DNA of 64,000 nucleotides from Styela clava (Eukaryota): NCBI RefSeq assembly GCF_964204865.1, contig NC_135251.1, positions 14,632,001 to 14,696,000 of the forward strand, read 5' to 3'. Shown piece by piece: positions 51,071 to 64,000 of this stretch (position 1 is its first letter; each line of letters starts with the position of its first letter). The notes under the pieces were generated by a model. It saw only the letters and a program-made list of their open reading frames with translations, ran no database searches and was not told where the DNA came from. The position numbers and the translations under genes were made by a program.

Positions 51071-52330
51071 ATGGATGTATTAGATTCAGAACTTGACTCG
51101 TTTGTGCACAGATATTTGATCCAACGTAATTTGGTAAAGCTTGCAAAGCAGTTCGGTGATGAATCAAAATCTAAGCCTGCTGATGTCAAAAAAGCAACTG
51201 TTACAGATTTTTATCAAACATGGATTGATAAAAGACGGGGCGTTGTGTCTGAATCTAAATTGTCACCGGCTCCAAAGCAAACTAAGACAAAGATTAAAAA
51301 GTCTAATGCAGTACCAGCTAATAAGAGTAGTGACTCAACATCAAAATCTAATAATTCTGCTGCTAAACAAAATGTCAATGGAAATAAATCTTCATCAAGC
51401 TCTGAAGAATCCTCATCAGATGATGAAGAAGAAGAAAAAGTTGATGTAATAAAAGACAAAACTGTATCTAACGGCAAAGCTTCTAATGCTAAAGATTCTT
51501 CGAGTTCTGAAGAATCCAGCTCCGGCGATTCTTCATCTGATGAAGAAGAGGATGCAAAGGAAGCTGTTGCGAAAGAATCTGTTGCACAATTGAAAAATAA
51601 TGTAGATTTAAAGGCTAATAAATCAACTGCGAAACAAAATCACGATAATGGAAAATCTTCATCCAGCTCTGAAGAATCTTCATCAGAGGAAGAAGAAGAA
51701 AAAGTTGATACCAAAGATTCAAAAGCTGTATTAACTACCAAAGCTGATGATTCATCTTCAAGCTCGGAGGAATCTAGTTCTGAAGATGAAGAAGACAGTG
51801 CTCCTCCGAAGAAGATAGCTAAGATAGATGCAGATATTGTAACGAAATTGAATAGCTCTGCATCAAAAAAGAAAATGGCAAAACAGGAATCCTCCTCATC
51901 AAGCTCAGAAGAATCTTCTGAGGAAGAGGACGATTCATCAAAAAAAGTCACAAAAAAGGATGTCAATAATAATAATAAAACTGCTGAATTGAAACAGATT
52001 ATGCCTGCGGACTCTTATTTTAACGGGACCCCAAAAACCCCACTCCAAAACAATATAAATACTTCGAAGTCGAGCGGTAAAAAATCTAATAAATCGACTC
52101 CTAACACACCATTTAGGAGAGTTAAGGATGAAGATTTTGAAATTGATCATAAATTTTCAGATAATTCATTTGGCTCTAAAAGAGATTCATGGGGTGAGGC
52201 AGCTCATAATATTCTTAAACATACAAAGGGTAAAAGCTTTCGACGAGAGAAAACTAAAATGAAACGTGGACATTATAGAGGAGGTTCGATCAACATGGAA
52301 GTTTGTTCGATACAATTTGACAGCGATTGA
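51071..52330 (+). CDS. NOLC1: Nucleolar and coiled-body phosphoprotein 1 (Nopp140/SRP40), 419 aa, intronless CDS
   Basis: N-terminal LisH-like [21 protein letters not shown]; alternating [12 protein letters not shown] and Lys/Ala-rich blocks; SRP40 C-terminal domain PFRRV...[34 protein letters not shown]...SIQFDSD. Confidence 0.95.
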   Translation: MDVLDSELDSFVHRYLIQRNLVKLAKQFGDESKSKPADVKKATVTDFYQTWIDKRRGVVSESKLSPAPKQTKTKIKKSNAVPANKSSDSTSKSNNSAAKQNVNGNKSSSSSEESSSDDEEEEKVDVIKDKTVSNGKASNAKDSSSSEESSSGDSSSDEEEDAKEAVAKESVAQLKNNVDLKANKSTAKQNHDNGKSSSSSEESSSEEEEEKVDTKDSKAVLTTKADDSSSSSEESSSEDEEDSAPPKKIAKIDADIVTKLNSSASKKKMAKQESSSSSSEESSEEEDDSSKKVTKKDVNNNNKTAELKQIMPADSYFNGTPKTPLQNNINTSKSSGKKSNKSTPNTPFRRVKDEDFEIDHKFSDNSFGSKRDSWGEAAHNILKHTKGKSFRREKTKMKRGHYRGGSINMEVCSIQFDSD

Positions 52331-53912
52331 TGTATTCGTTTCCAGAAGAATTGCTTTGCCTTTGAATAATAATTGTGGTGATTCTAAAGATTGGATATAC
52401 ACATATCGATTTGTGTGGTGCTCTTGGATTTCGAACAGACCTATGTGTCTATTATCACATTTCAGTCTCAGTTTTATTTTTAAATTTCCCAAATCAGGCT
52501 CTAACCAAACTCTGCCGAGATGTCATAAAACTAATAAGAATTAGGTATGGATTTTTGTTGGAAGTATTCAAAAAGGAGAAAACTTGTTTATTGTATAGAT
52601 AAGCAATGATTTTTTTCTGGTCGAATATATTGCATTTTTATTCAAATGCCACTTTTTTTATTATGGATACGAGCCTTTGCTTTCTATGGTGCACTTGTAT
52701 CTTTGCAATCTTTATTTGGTGGAAATTTACTGCAGACACTGTTATGTATTCTGTAAGGCTATCAACTTGAATTGTAATTATTATTTGTTAGAATTCCGGT
52801 CATAAAATATGATGGTTGCCAATTGCCATGCATTCATAAATATTCTGGTTCTTATAGGAAAGCATTTATAAACTATTGATAGACAGTTTACAGGCATTGA
52901 AGTAAATTGTGAATGGTTTGTTAATGTTTTATTATGAGTACCAATTTTATTTGGTGATCTGTGTTATTTATGGTTGTGCAGCTTCTCGTTGGTAAAATCC
53001 AGGGCTGAGGAGTTGCTTTCAAATTACAATGGCGCCAGCTCAGAAGTCACAGCATATACAAACCGAGGCCTCAGCCCTGAACCAGTGCTTAATTATTTTG
53101 CTCCTGGCTTCATGGCCATAACGAAAGAAACACTAGCCCAAATGCAGTTTTGGATTAGTGGAACTAAAAGAATCTTGAAAAATGCTGTCTGCCATTTTTA
53201 TGTCATCTTGTCTAGTTGTCATATTCGTCAGTATCCTGAAAATGCTAACAAATTAAAATGTGTTTTTATTTCGAGATTTGAAAAAATTCATCTGTTTTCT
53301 AGAATAAAAATGATGTAACAAATCTTGATTGAATTTGGTTTTAGTTGAAGTAATTTTCACATACAGGATATTCATAAAGTTCTAAAATTGCGAATGGAAT
53401 TTATTGATTTCATTTTCATGTATAGTTTATTGGTCTCTATAGGTTTATCCAATGGATAAAAAAAACTTTAATAATCACTGATTAAAATAAAACAAATCTG
53501 GTTAAAAATTGAAATACATCAGATTCAGAACTTACCGTATCTCGATAAAAAAAATTAAAATTGTAACAGGACTTCATGAACACCCTGTATATTCTGATTA
53601 GTGAATTGTTTTGTGGTTATGGGTTTAAATATTTCTGATATGAATTATGTAGGTATGAGGAAATGTAATCATTCTGATTTGGACATTATTGATTCAGCTA
53701 GATAGCTTGAACTTTTTTTTTGACATTTTTTTCATTCTTTCCCATGGTGAATCTTGATTTACTTACACTATGCCTGCAAGTTCGTGAGGAAAAACTTTTT
53801 TGAACTGTATAGATGAGTTCGATAATGCCCATTCATAAATTCTGCCATTTTTCATTTAGTCTATGCTCAAATTTATTCTTGAATATATTACATACCGTAA
53901 TTGCTAATCGCA

Positions 53913-56900
53913 ATGTTCGAGGAATCAAGCGGACAGACGATGGAGGATTTTGAAACCAACCCTGAGTTGATCAATAGGCTACGAGCGCTAGTTCGCCAAT
54001 ATAGAGAAAAGGTAATATTTGCATTTGCTAATATTAATCTGGAAAAAAGGTGGCTTCGCTTGACAAGCAGGTTAAGTTGCAGATGTTATGAAGTCATCAT
54101 TGAAACAAGTCTTAACCCAATCTTACTTGGATAGCAATAGGAAAACTTGGTTTTTATAACAGCTATCATCGTTAAGTTTAATGCTTTAACCACTTGGTCA
54201 TACATCCATATTAGCTTTTTCTATGATTTATTTAGTTTTCATTGCTTTCTATTGAAACCTTTCATATCAGAGGTATGCAACCTGCGGGCCAAATGCGCCT
54301 CACAAAGAAAAATTGTGCGGCCCGCAGAGAATTGCTAAATTTTAATGGTGTGCAGCTGCGAAACGAGTATTTAATTTAGTTAAATCCGTTAGTTAAATTA
54401 AATCTGTGCGAGTAATTTCAATGCCTTTACGTTACAAAGGGTATGCCTGTGTCCAATTTATTATGTATGCTTATTAAAGCTAGATTGTGTGAAGCGAACA
54501 GCGCGGTGCGGCCCGTTGTTTCACTTAATTATTTGTATCTGGCCCTCCTGTATTAAAGGTTGCACAGCACACCCCTGTTTTATATCATATTATTGAGAAA
54601 AGCTTTTGTGTATATTTCAGAGACACTATCAGACTGCTTTATTTTGGGCAGACAAAGTTGCTTCGTTATCGAAATGTAAGTAATTATATACAGTTTTATT
54701 CTTTCACGTCATCAGTTTTGGGTTGTATAGCAAACCTAACACATATTATAAAAAAAAATTCTATTCTATCTCCAGATGAAATACAAGATATTTATAACCT
54801 TGCACAATGCATGTATTCCGTTGGCGAATACGAAAGAGCTGCTTTGTTTATTAAAGGAAAAAGATTACATGAAAAGCACTCAGCATTCAGGTATAATTAT
54901 TCCATATAAGACTTCCAGCACCGCTGATTGTCTATTTGAAAGTTAAATGTCAGTCTGTGTGTAAGACTATATAGCCTACCTGGAACCATCACATAATTAT
55001 TTTTATGATACTCATTTATTAACCCAAACTATCAAATTTGACAATTATTTTTGAGCGAAAACTTCATTAAGTTTGTGCAGGTGATTAGCTATTAGTAATC
55101 ACAATGACTTTCTTCCAGATATCTTGCTGCAAAATGTTATGCGGAAGCAAAAGAATGGCAATTAGCTCTCGATTTATTGGAAGATGCAACATTTCAAGTC
55201 ATTCCTAGGAAACTACATATGGAGACTGAAGATGTTCCTGGAATACCAACTAACAAGGTTTATTTTTCAGTCATCCCTTTCTGAGTAGATTTCTGGCTCG
55301 GTGGTGTGGTGCATCGTGCTAAGCATTAAGAATACGCTCGCCACTGCACAGCTGATTATCGTGCAAGTGTTCGCACTTTGCAGGTTCAAATCCCCTGGAA
55401 ATAATTATTTGCGAGAGGATTGCTGGGCTCCTCGCCATTGTAGAATGGTTCAAGTAACCCCTGTCGGTTCCCGCTTCCTCCACCATCAAGTCCATGTATC
55501 TAAAAAAATAAATGGCCAACCACTAATCCCATACCCGACATGGACTGGTACGGTAACCAGAGGAGAGGCCGTGGTTCGTCGTCAAGTTATAACTATATTC
55601 TGTCTGATCGAGATATATTATATCATCATTGTGTATTTAGGAAATGAAAGCATCAATTTTGCTACTGAAAGGAGATATATATGAAGCTAAAGACACAAGA
55701 CAATATGCTGCTCAATGCTATGAGGTAATTCCTCATACATTTGTTTGAAAATCAATATCTCTAATTATTTTTCCAAAAACTCTGGAGATTTGGGACAAAA
55801 CTTTTAATTTTTGAGTCTTTGTGTTGGTTTAAAGGGTGGAGATATCTGGTTCCAACTCTATCCAGCAAACCTATGGTAAAGTATGTTTGGTAAACGAGGC
55901 TTGAAATAGTTCAGGTCCTTCCTGAAATAGCACCCGATTCTGTACGAGTAGCTAGCTGACTGTACAAATCCTTATACAGAATGGTGTTTTTTATCAGCCA
56001 TCCTCAGAGATTGATATGATGCGATAGACCGATAGTATTTCATAATCATGGGTTTGGATACATATTTTACTCTCATAAATCTTTTTTTTATTAAAAAAGG
56101 AAGCTCTTCTGGTCGATGTGTTCTGCTATGAAGCATATGATCGAATCATCGCCCACCATCTTTTATTTCCTTCTGGAGAACAAGAACTACTCGAGTCACT
56201 ACCACTTAATGACCAATGTAAATCAGAAGAAGAAAGACAGCTCGTTTCATTCCTTTATGGAACTAAAATTAGGAAGGTTGTATTTTTGATAAATTGGGTA
56301 GGCAATGTCGAACTGTAGCGTTGATAGAACTACTAGAAATTTTTGTGGCTCCAGCTTCTAACCATATATTTGATTTTTCATTTTTATAATTTCATAATAC
56401 TTCATATAAATAACAAAATCATATTAAAAATGTGTAATTACCGTAAAAGTTCATTCAGAATTTTTAAATCTAAAGGCCCTAATATCATAGTTTTGTGTCC
56501 CACTGCCATGCTACTGCATTTAGGCTGATGTTTAATGGTAGTGATCATATCAGAGATACCGGTTCTTCCTACCACTAAATTGTTGCCCATTTCATATCAG
56601 TGGCTGCTTGTAAAGGGCCTTATTTTATAAAAATGATCTTAATATGTGCCGCCAGATACATAGTTGTGATGGGATTCATTTTTCTAGGAATGTATCAAGA
56701 ATTATTTGTACAACGCACGCTCGAACCCCATTCAATTTAATTTACCCCTTTAATGATTTTTATGCTGCTTGTTAATATTCCTAGCCCTTTTTAAAGATTT
56801 GAATACTAACATATTAGTACTGTACAACTTGATGATATTTTATGCCTTTATGACTGTATCTCACAATATTATATCGAGCTAGGTAATGGTTTATCTATGT

Positions 56901-59900
56901 TTGCACAAGTTAATAGTAGCATACTTCATTCCTTAAACATTCTGTTTTATTTTAGTATGACAAACCCACAGACTTCAAAGTTCCAAAACCTCTTGATAAT
57001 CTTCATGAAAATTTAGAAGTTGCAACATCGATTGCAGAACGACTTTATTATAATTCTGAATTCAAAACAGGATATAAATTTACTTCAGGGTAAGTTCAAT
57101 ATTAAATTTTTATTGAGATATTTATAATTTGCTTACATATATAGACCAGTTTTCAAACTGGTTCAAATTGTGTTAAGGCAATTGAGTGAGGTCTAAATTT
57201 TGCTGCCATACAGATAAACTATAAAGTTGACACTTGCTGAGAAGCTTGGTAGTAGAAGCCACTTGTAACAATTTGCAAGTTGATTTTCTAGTATAATGTT
57301 TGATGGTGATACTTGTCATTATTATCAAATGTTTTTACATCACATATGAATGCAAGAGTGACTGAAACTCATATTCTCCTTTATGCTTATGTGTCAAGGT
57401 ATTTTCTCTTCAAAGCCAGAAAGCTATCTGACAACTGCGATGTCGCAATGGCAGTTTTACAATGCCACGTTATGTCGTACATCCTGAACTACATGAGGAT
57501 TAAGTAAAGTAAAAGAACAATTAGGAGGATTTACTCTTCAATTTATATTTGGGTACAAAACAATCGCAGCATATTTTGGCCTCTTTTATGGAACAACAGT
57601 GTGCTGCGTAACACAGTTTGTGAATATCTGATCAAGGCCAGTCAGTTATATAGGATTGTCTATCCGAAATTTTATGTAGCAGTAAGAAAACCTATCATTT
57701 TTATTGGTGATTTTTGTATTATTATTTTCTCTTTATATCAGAATACTGAGGACTGATCCATATCATACTGAATGTTTACCTCTTCATATTGCTTTTCTTG
57801 TTGTGTTAAGAAAATCAAATGAACTTTTTTATCTCTCCCACAAACTTGTCAAAAGATATCCAGAGAAAGCAGTAAGTATTATGATATTGATCTTTGAATT
57901 GTATTAATGAAAATATATCTTATAGAGTTGATCTTTCCAATCATCATTTGGCTTACAAACCAACTGTTTAACTTTTATGTAAGCATGATTTATCATGACA
58001 TACTATTTTTCCACATTTTTATTTTGCTAGTACTTCATAAAAATAACAAAATCAAAAATAATTTGTATAATTTTAAAATTTAAAAACCCTTATATCATGG
58101 TTACACGTTTCACCACCACGAAACTACATTCATTCTGGGTTTCATGATATTGGGCATATCAAAAAACATCAATCACTATGGTCAGCGATAAATTTTTATT
58201 TATCGATAACTGGCTGGTGAACATTAATCATATGTTCTGGTGATTCATTCCGTCTTTTGTCTCTTTTTTTCTTGTTACATTATTGAAAAACTTTGTGTTT
58301 TATGTAGATTTCCTGGTATTCAGTTGGATGCTACTATCTCCTGCAACCTAAAAAACAAGAATTAACGAGGAGATATTTATTGAAAGCTACACTCATTGAT
58401 AAGGTAAAGTATAGCCCGAACCCGAAGCATAGAAGCCTATTTGTTGACATTAACTTTTCCAACATGAAGTTGACCTTTGGACTGTTATGGCTAAACTATT
58501 GTTAAAATCACCATTAATCAAAAATATTGGCCAATTGCTTTAAATTTTTAAAGATGGATATTTTCCAGAGGGCTTTTACCTCTTACTTTAATATTTTATC
58601 AAATTTTCTCGGAGTTTAGTTGCTTTTGATAAATGAAGTCACTCAACTTTCGTTTGATTGATTTTGAGTCTGCAGGATTTATAAACAAGGTTTGCATACA
58701 TACGAGTGGTTAACTGGTAACAAACTTTTTCTCTTTGTGTCCATATTTGTTTATGGTTGTCTGAAAGTTCAAGAATTCCAGTCATTATGATAGCCATAGA
58801 ATGGTGGTTTCCAAAGTTGATTGGCCGTGGGCCGAAATTAGAAGCGGAAAGATATTTGCGGGCCGGGAGAGGGGAGCCCCCACAAGGGCCCGATACCGGT
58901 TTGTATATTTAAGATACCGGTACAATTGATTTGTTACCATTTGACGATAACAAGAACGCAAAAAAAAGTGTTAAACTATTTTACTCAAGTTCGACGGGCC
59001 ATATTGAATTGTTACCGTACGGTCAAGTTTGACGTGCCGTAATTGGCCCGCGGGCCACGGTTTGGGAACTACTGAGATAAACAATTACCATTGACTTACT
59101 CATTGACTTGTTTGTTTCAGATGTTCGGCCCTGCTTGGCTTGCACTTGGACATTCATTTGCATTGGAAGGAGAACATGATCAAGCTATGGCTGCTTATTT
59201 TACTGCTACACAGCTTATGAGAGGGTAATTTAAAGTCGAATTTACGTTTTTGTTTTATATGCAAGCTTGTACAATTTGATTTAGTATTTTTTCCTGTATT
59301 CAGTCGATGCTTTTTATAGATAAGAGTTGTGTAAGTTCGGTCCTCATGGAGGGTAAATTCTCGGATAATAGACTGATTAATCTCTTAACTTTGAATTGTA
59401 TGTGGACCCAAGCTTAAAAAGCAATTGTACTCAGTCAAGCTTAGTCAAATATCTTTTTTTCTGAAATTCCGACCCTGTGCTATATCGTAACAATAGAAGG
59501 TCAAGCGACTGAAATTTTGGAATCAAAGTTTAAACTTCTAAAGATACAAATTCACATTGAAAAGATAGATTTTATTATTTGTATGAAGTATTAGAAAATT
59601 ATATATGTGAGAAAAGAATGAGATGATTAAGAGGCAGGGCTATTAAAATTGTCAGTAGCTTTGGCACTATCTATTATGGAAAACTTGGCTCTAGCGACAA
59701 TGAAACGTCATTTCTCCAGCTTGGGATTCCCATCCCTGGTGCTGTATGTGGGAGAGCAGATCTTGTTTGAAGATCTAGCTTTCGGGTGTGGCACCTTGTC
59801 TTCGAATGCATATTGTTCCATATTTTCTGAACTACCAAAAAATGTAACTGAAACTTATTTTTTAGATCTCATCTTCCATATTTATACAGTGGAATTGAAT

Positions 59901-62900
59901 ACAGTGTGACAAACAACCTAACATTAACAGATAAATTTTTCGATGTTGCTTTATTTATTTGTCCTGATGATCCTCATACCTTACATGAAATAGGAGTTGC
60001 CAACTACACTTTAAATAAGTATGTATTAAAGTTTTATCAACTTTTTATGTCTTATAATGGGACTTCAATAGATTCATATAATGGAATTGTCAGGTGCTGT
60101 GTCTGTGTGTCAGTTGATTAATAATTAGGAGTAATCAACCTAAATGGATGTTTTTCCTGGATATCGACTTCTCAATTTATTTCCGTAACACTGGCTACAA
60201 AGCAAGATGTCAATTGTGATGTAACAAGTGAGATTTTAGTGACCACTCAAGGTAGTTTTTTAGGCATGGTAGTAAAAATTAACTTGTTTTTGTGATTTTG
60301 CTAGCTATTTATCAGTTTTTAGTCTTGTTTCCGAAATTTGGGTATGAATCAAATAATTCAATGGCCAAGTTAGTCTTCTGATGAATCAAAAATTGGTCCT
60401 ACAAAGCTGTGATAGGCTACACTGAAAATTAGCTATCAGTACTTCCACACGGCAGGTGATTAAATATTTTGAATCGAAATGATGTAGTAATCTAGTTTGT
60501 AAGCGCCAACTCGCAAAAAAACTCGAAATGAACGTAAAAATAAGTTTGCAATGGTAAGTATAGGAAAAAGTTTTATGGGGTCGAGGGCCGTGAGAACGTT
60601 CGGTGATAATATTTTTTAAAATATGCTCAAATCTTTTTTTTACAGATATCCTGCCGCCTTGAAATATTTTAACAAAGCATTGGAAGTTTTGAAGGAAAAT
60701 GAAGGAGAAACAATATCAGAGGAATGGGAAGCTTTATTAAACAATTTGGCCCATGTACACAGGTACGAAAGAAAATATCTAGAATGGTTTATCGCTGCAT
60801 CAATGTGTTCTCCACATATTCATGGAGAATCTAGATCAGGGTTTCTTAAACTGGGCCCTCAGTCTTGGCCCAATCTGGGGGGCACTGAGCAGTCCTCAGA
60901 GGAACACAATCAAAATCCTTTCTCAATTGCCATTTGTGATAACTTAATTAATCAAAAGTAAATTGAACGTGACGTGTTAAATTTCTGACTGTAATGCATT
61001 TTTTTTTCACCTTTGTTTGTTGACCTATCACTACGTGGCGAATAAAATAACTGCTGGAAATCCGTTAAAAGCAAAACTAGGTATTTTTATAGAAGTGCAG
61101 GGGTCACGAGTGATGCCAATCATTAAAAGAAAGTCACAAATCATGGAAGTTTGAGAACCACTGAATTATTCGATGGATTCGCCAATGGATATTCGAGATG
61201 GGTTTCAAATTAAGTTTCAAAATTTCAATTTCAAATATTCACCCAGGAAAATGAAGAACTACCAACTTGCATTGAAATATCATCAACAAGCGTTGATATT
61301 AGCTCCACAATCTGCACAAACCTATTCCAGTATCGGATTCGTTCTTAGTTTTATGGGAAGATACAGTGAAGCTTTGGAATATCTCCATAAGGTAGGATGA
61401 GAGTGTGCTGAAATGGTCAGACTTATGATGGTGGTAATCAGAGTCATAATTTAAGTTTTTGTGGTAAAAATTTGGCTTTCTTGTGGTTATGAGTTGAAGT
61501 TGGGGGGGAATTTTCTTCCGTTTTTAGTAGGCCTCGACCGATACTGCCTTTTTGAGCCGATACCGATAGTTTTTTAAAACTAGGCCGATAAGCCGTTACC
61601 GATGTTTCCTCACCTACAAATATGGCTACAAGTAACAAGCAACACTCTGAGAATATTGTGTTTTTCTTGCAAAAGAATTGAAATGTTGAACTCATGCAAT
61701 TGTGTGTGTGGCAAGAAAGAACACTTATTGTAAATTTGTAAGGGCAGGAAGCTTATGAATCTCAATAGCTCCAGTTCAACATTCTCAGATGTAGTTGAGC
61801 AGAGTTTTTCTGCATTGGCTCCAATCATACTTGCTCTTGTGTTTTGCTTTGAGATGGCTCTACAAATTATACCCATCTTTTTTTTTTAAATCGGCGGAAC
61901 CTTTCGACTTAATAATGGCATATTTTACAAATTAAGCCATAATTATGGCACACGAAGTATTCCCATACTTTTCTCTTACCGCTAGAACCAACCCTCTACA
62001 ACATATCAATACAAAAAGTTAAATCGCGCCTTGAACGACAAAAGCGCAAGGAAAATCCAAGGCCGTGGAAAGTGGAAACGTCGAGAATTCTTTATTAATC
62101 AACGTATATTATTTGACTCAAATAAGTGGCTCACGCGTTTCTCTTGCTTCAATTTGCAAGCCACCACGCTCGCAAACTCGCTTACGAAGTGTTAAATCCC
62201 GTGCCATACGTCCGTTTTTGGATAAGAGAGAGACAGTCCAGAGCCGCCTTTTGATAAGAGAGAAATAAAAGTAACCAAGAAAAAGAGTATTAGGCAGAAC
62301 CGTTCTCAATTAAACAAGCGATAAAACTGCTTTCCCGGCGAAATTTGGACACTTTGGCAGTCACGTGATTGGCCGATATATATCGGTAAAATTAGCCGAT
62401 ACCGATAGTTCGAAATTTGTGAAAAACATGGCCGATATATCGGTCGGGCCCTAGTTTTTAGTCAGATGGAATGTCGAAGTCGTTTACAAATAACTGGTGC
62501 TGATTTTTTGGCGCTCCAGAACTGTGTGTACCAATATGGGGGTAACTAATTTTGTTCGCCTACTTTCATCAAGTTGTTTGAAGGGACTGAAACCTATGGG
62601 CAGGGGGTATATTCACTTGGCCAACACAAACGGTCTTGAATTTATAATAAAACTAAAATAAGGAAAATCGGAATAAAATTATGGCCTGACCCTAACCTGG
62701 TACACACACTACGGAAGTATCGATTTTTTTACTCTGTAGCGCTGGTCTTAAATGCCCTGTTGGTGTCAGGGCTAAGGGAGCGAATAAATTTACCATAGAC
62801 TCCTGACTCCAAATTGATGAAAATTTATGACTACAATAATTTTGACTGAGAAAATCAAATTTTGATAATAAAAACTTTTACATATGCAAAAGTAGCAACT

Positions 62901-64000
62901 GGCTTTTTGACTTCGGTCTTTAAACTGAAATACATTGTCATCATTCATATTTTCCACTTCCCTATTCAGGCACTTGGCCTACAACGAGACGATGTTTTTG
63001 CAGTAAATTTGATAGAACATGTCATCGAACAGTATTCCGAATCTGAACCAGCTTTTTTTGATGGTGATAATTCTTGTTGTGAGGACGATACAAAACCTCC
63101 ACCCTTCAGAGAAGGATTTGGAATGGCAGGTCTGCTTCATTTATACTAATGCTAATTACATTGTGTGGACGCCAAATTTGTGCCATTTTGTAGCCTACCA
63201 AATTTTGAATCAAGGATGTATACACCATTATATGTTTTCAAAATTGCTGAAGTATTTCATAACTGTACAGAAAAAACAGAAATTTCATTGCTACTGAATT
63301 TCTTTCGTTTTTTATATAACGCATTTGTACGTCTTTAACTCACTCTGCACCCACTATTGTTTGGAAATGATGTTGATTACCATAATTTATTCATGCGCCT
63401 GCATTAAAATTTTCGTAACAATTCTCTTAGACGAAGACCAGTGTGAAATTGTCGATCATAACGAAGGAAAACAAACAGAACCGATGGAAAGTTCTGTTCA
63501 TACTTCACCAACCTTTTTGGAATCGCAAAGTAATGCTGAATCAGGTAACCTGACAAAAACAACTGAAAAGGACAATGTTTTGGTTAAAAATATACTGTTA
63601 GAAGAGGGAGCGGCAAACGCTTTTCAAACTCCCGAAGAATACATGCTAGGACGCCCTCTACCTCCTGTATTACGTGGTTTGAAAAAGACTCAAGTAAAAA
63701 GCAGGAGAGTGGTGTCGTCACCTGCGCCTCTGCCTATTGACTTTGCTGTTGGAACAGAAGGTACACCTTCCGCTGTTGAAGGAGGCGACGTAACACCAGT
63801 TTTGCCGCCCAGAAAAATGTTGTCGTTGGCCAGTAGCGAAAGCAGCGATGATGGCGGTGTCTCAGTTGGTGGAGTAGTCCAGGGTAAAGGTGACGCCCAA
63901 CAACCCAATCAAGAGGAACCTCGTAGCAGAGCACTTTCCACTGAAGATCCATTTTCAACAAGTGTATTAAAGGGCGGAGGAAGGGGGTTTGAAACCACAT
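53913..64000 (+). CDS. CDC16: Cell division cycle 16 / APC6 TPR subunit (3' end beyond the window)
   Basis: Exons 53913-54011, 54621-54675, 54776-54890, 55119-55257, 55641-55724, 56100-56276, 56956-57089, 57742-57871, 58308-58403, 59121-59224, 59866-60018, 60646-60762, 61247-61391, 62970-63129, 63431->64000. Motifs ALFWADKVASLS, DPYHTECLPLHI, SWYSVGCYY, FGPAWLALGHSFALEGEHDQAMAAYFTA, WEALLNNLAHV. Confidence 0.95.
54268..54577. mobile_element. hAT-type MITE in CDC16 intron 1 (related to 2501-2755)
   Basis: CAGAGGTATGCAACC ... GGTTGCACAGCACACCCCTG; TSD TTTCATAT / TTTTATAT. Confidence 0.75.
55297..55580 (+). mobile_element. Diverged SINE copy in CDC16 intron
   Basis: GCTAAGCATTAAGAATACGCTCGCCAC...CAGGTTCAAATCCC...GCGAGAGGATTGCTGG...CTAATCCCATACCCGAC...GAGGCCGTGGTTCG. 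Confidence 0.85.
58800..59074. mobile_element. hAT-type MITE
   Basis: GGTGGTTTCCAAAG ... GGCCCGCGGGCCACGGTTTGGGAACTACTG, a typical MITE end. Confidence 0.6.
60837..61163. mobile_element. hAT-type MITE
   Basis: CAGGGTTTCTTAAACT ... AGTTTGAGAACCACTG imperfect TIRs. Confidence 0.6.
61528..62453. mobile_element. Non-autonomous hAT element in CDC16 intron
   Basis: TIRs TAGGCCTCGACCGATA / TATCGGTCGGGCCCTA; subterminal CCGATA repeats; perfect 8-bp TSD GTTTTTAG. Confidence 0.85.

Overview
AT-rich, intron-containing animal genomic DNA; gene style suggests an invertebrate chordate such as a tunicate, but that is inference. Spliced genes were reconstructed by hand from GT-AG boundaries. They are: the 3' half of an MMS22L-like gene (+); a 195-aa myristoylation-motif, degenerate EF-hand protein of the CHP/calcineurin-B type (-); PBDC1 (-); NOP16 (-); a PH-DEP-PH pleckstrin (+); NOLC1/Nopp140 with an intronless CDS (+); and CDC16/APC6, which runs off the right edge (+). 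The most notable feature is a 4-exon gene absent from the ORF track (33673-35290). It encodes a 153-aa precursor: signal peptide, strongly acidic propeptide, KR cleavage site, then a cationic 6-Cys mature peptide. This is the architecture of a host-defence peptide or toxin, and a 2.3-kb tandem duplication supplies a second, variant terminal exon. The intergenic DNA is rich in DNA transposons. These include a Mutator-like element with a 9-bp TSD and 9-bp subterminal repeats (the source of the spurious CPTCTT ORFs), several hAT elements and MITEs, a 1.3-kb foldback palindrome, tRNA-derived SINEs and a DINE-1/HINE-like element. An inverted pair of Academ-like elements brackets a duplicated, pseudogenised pleckstrin 3' end.
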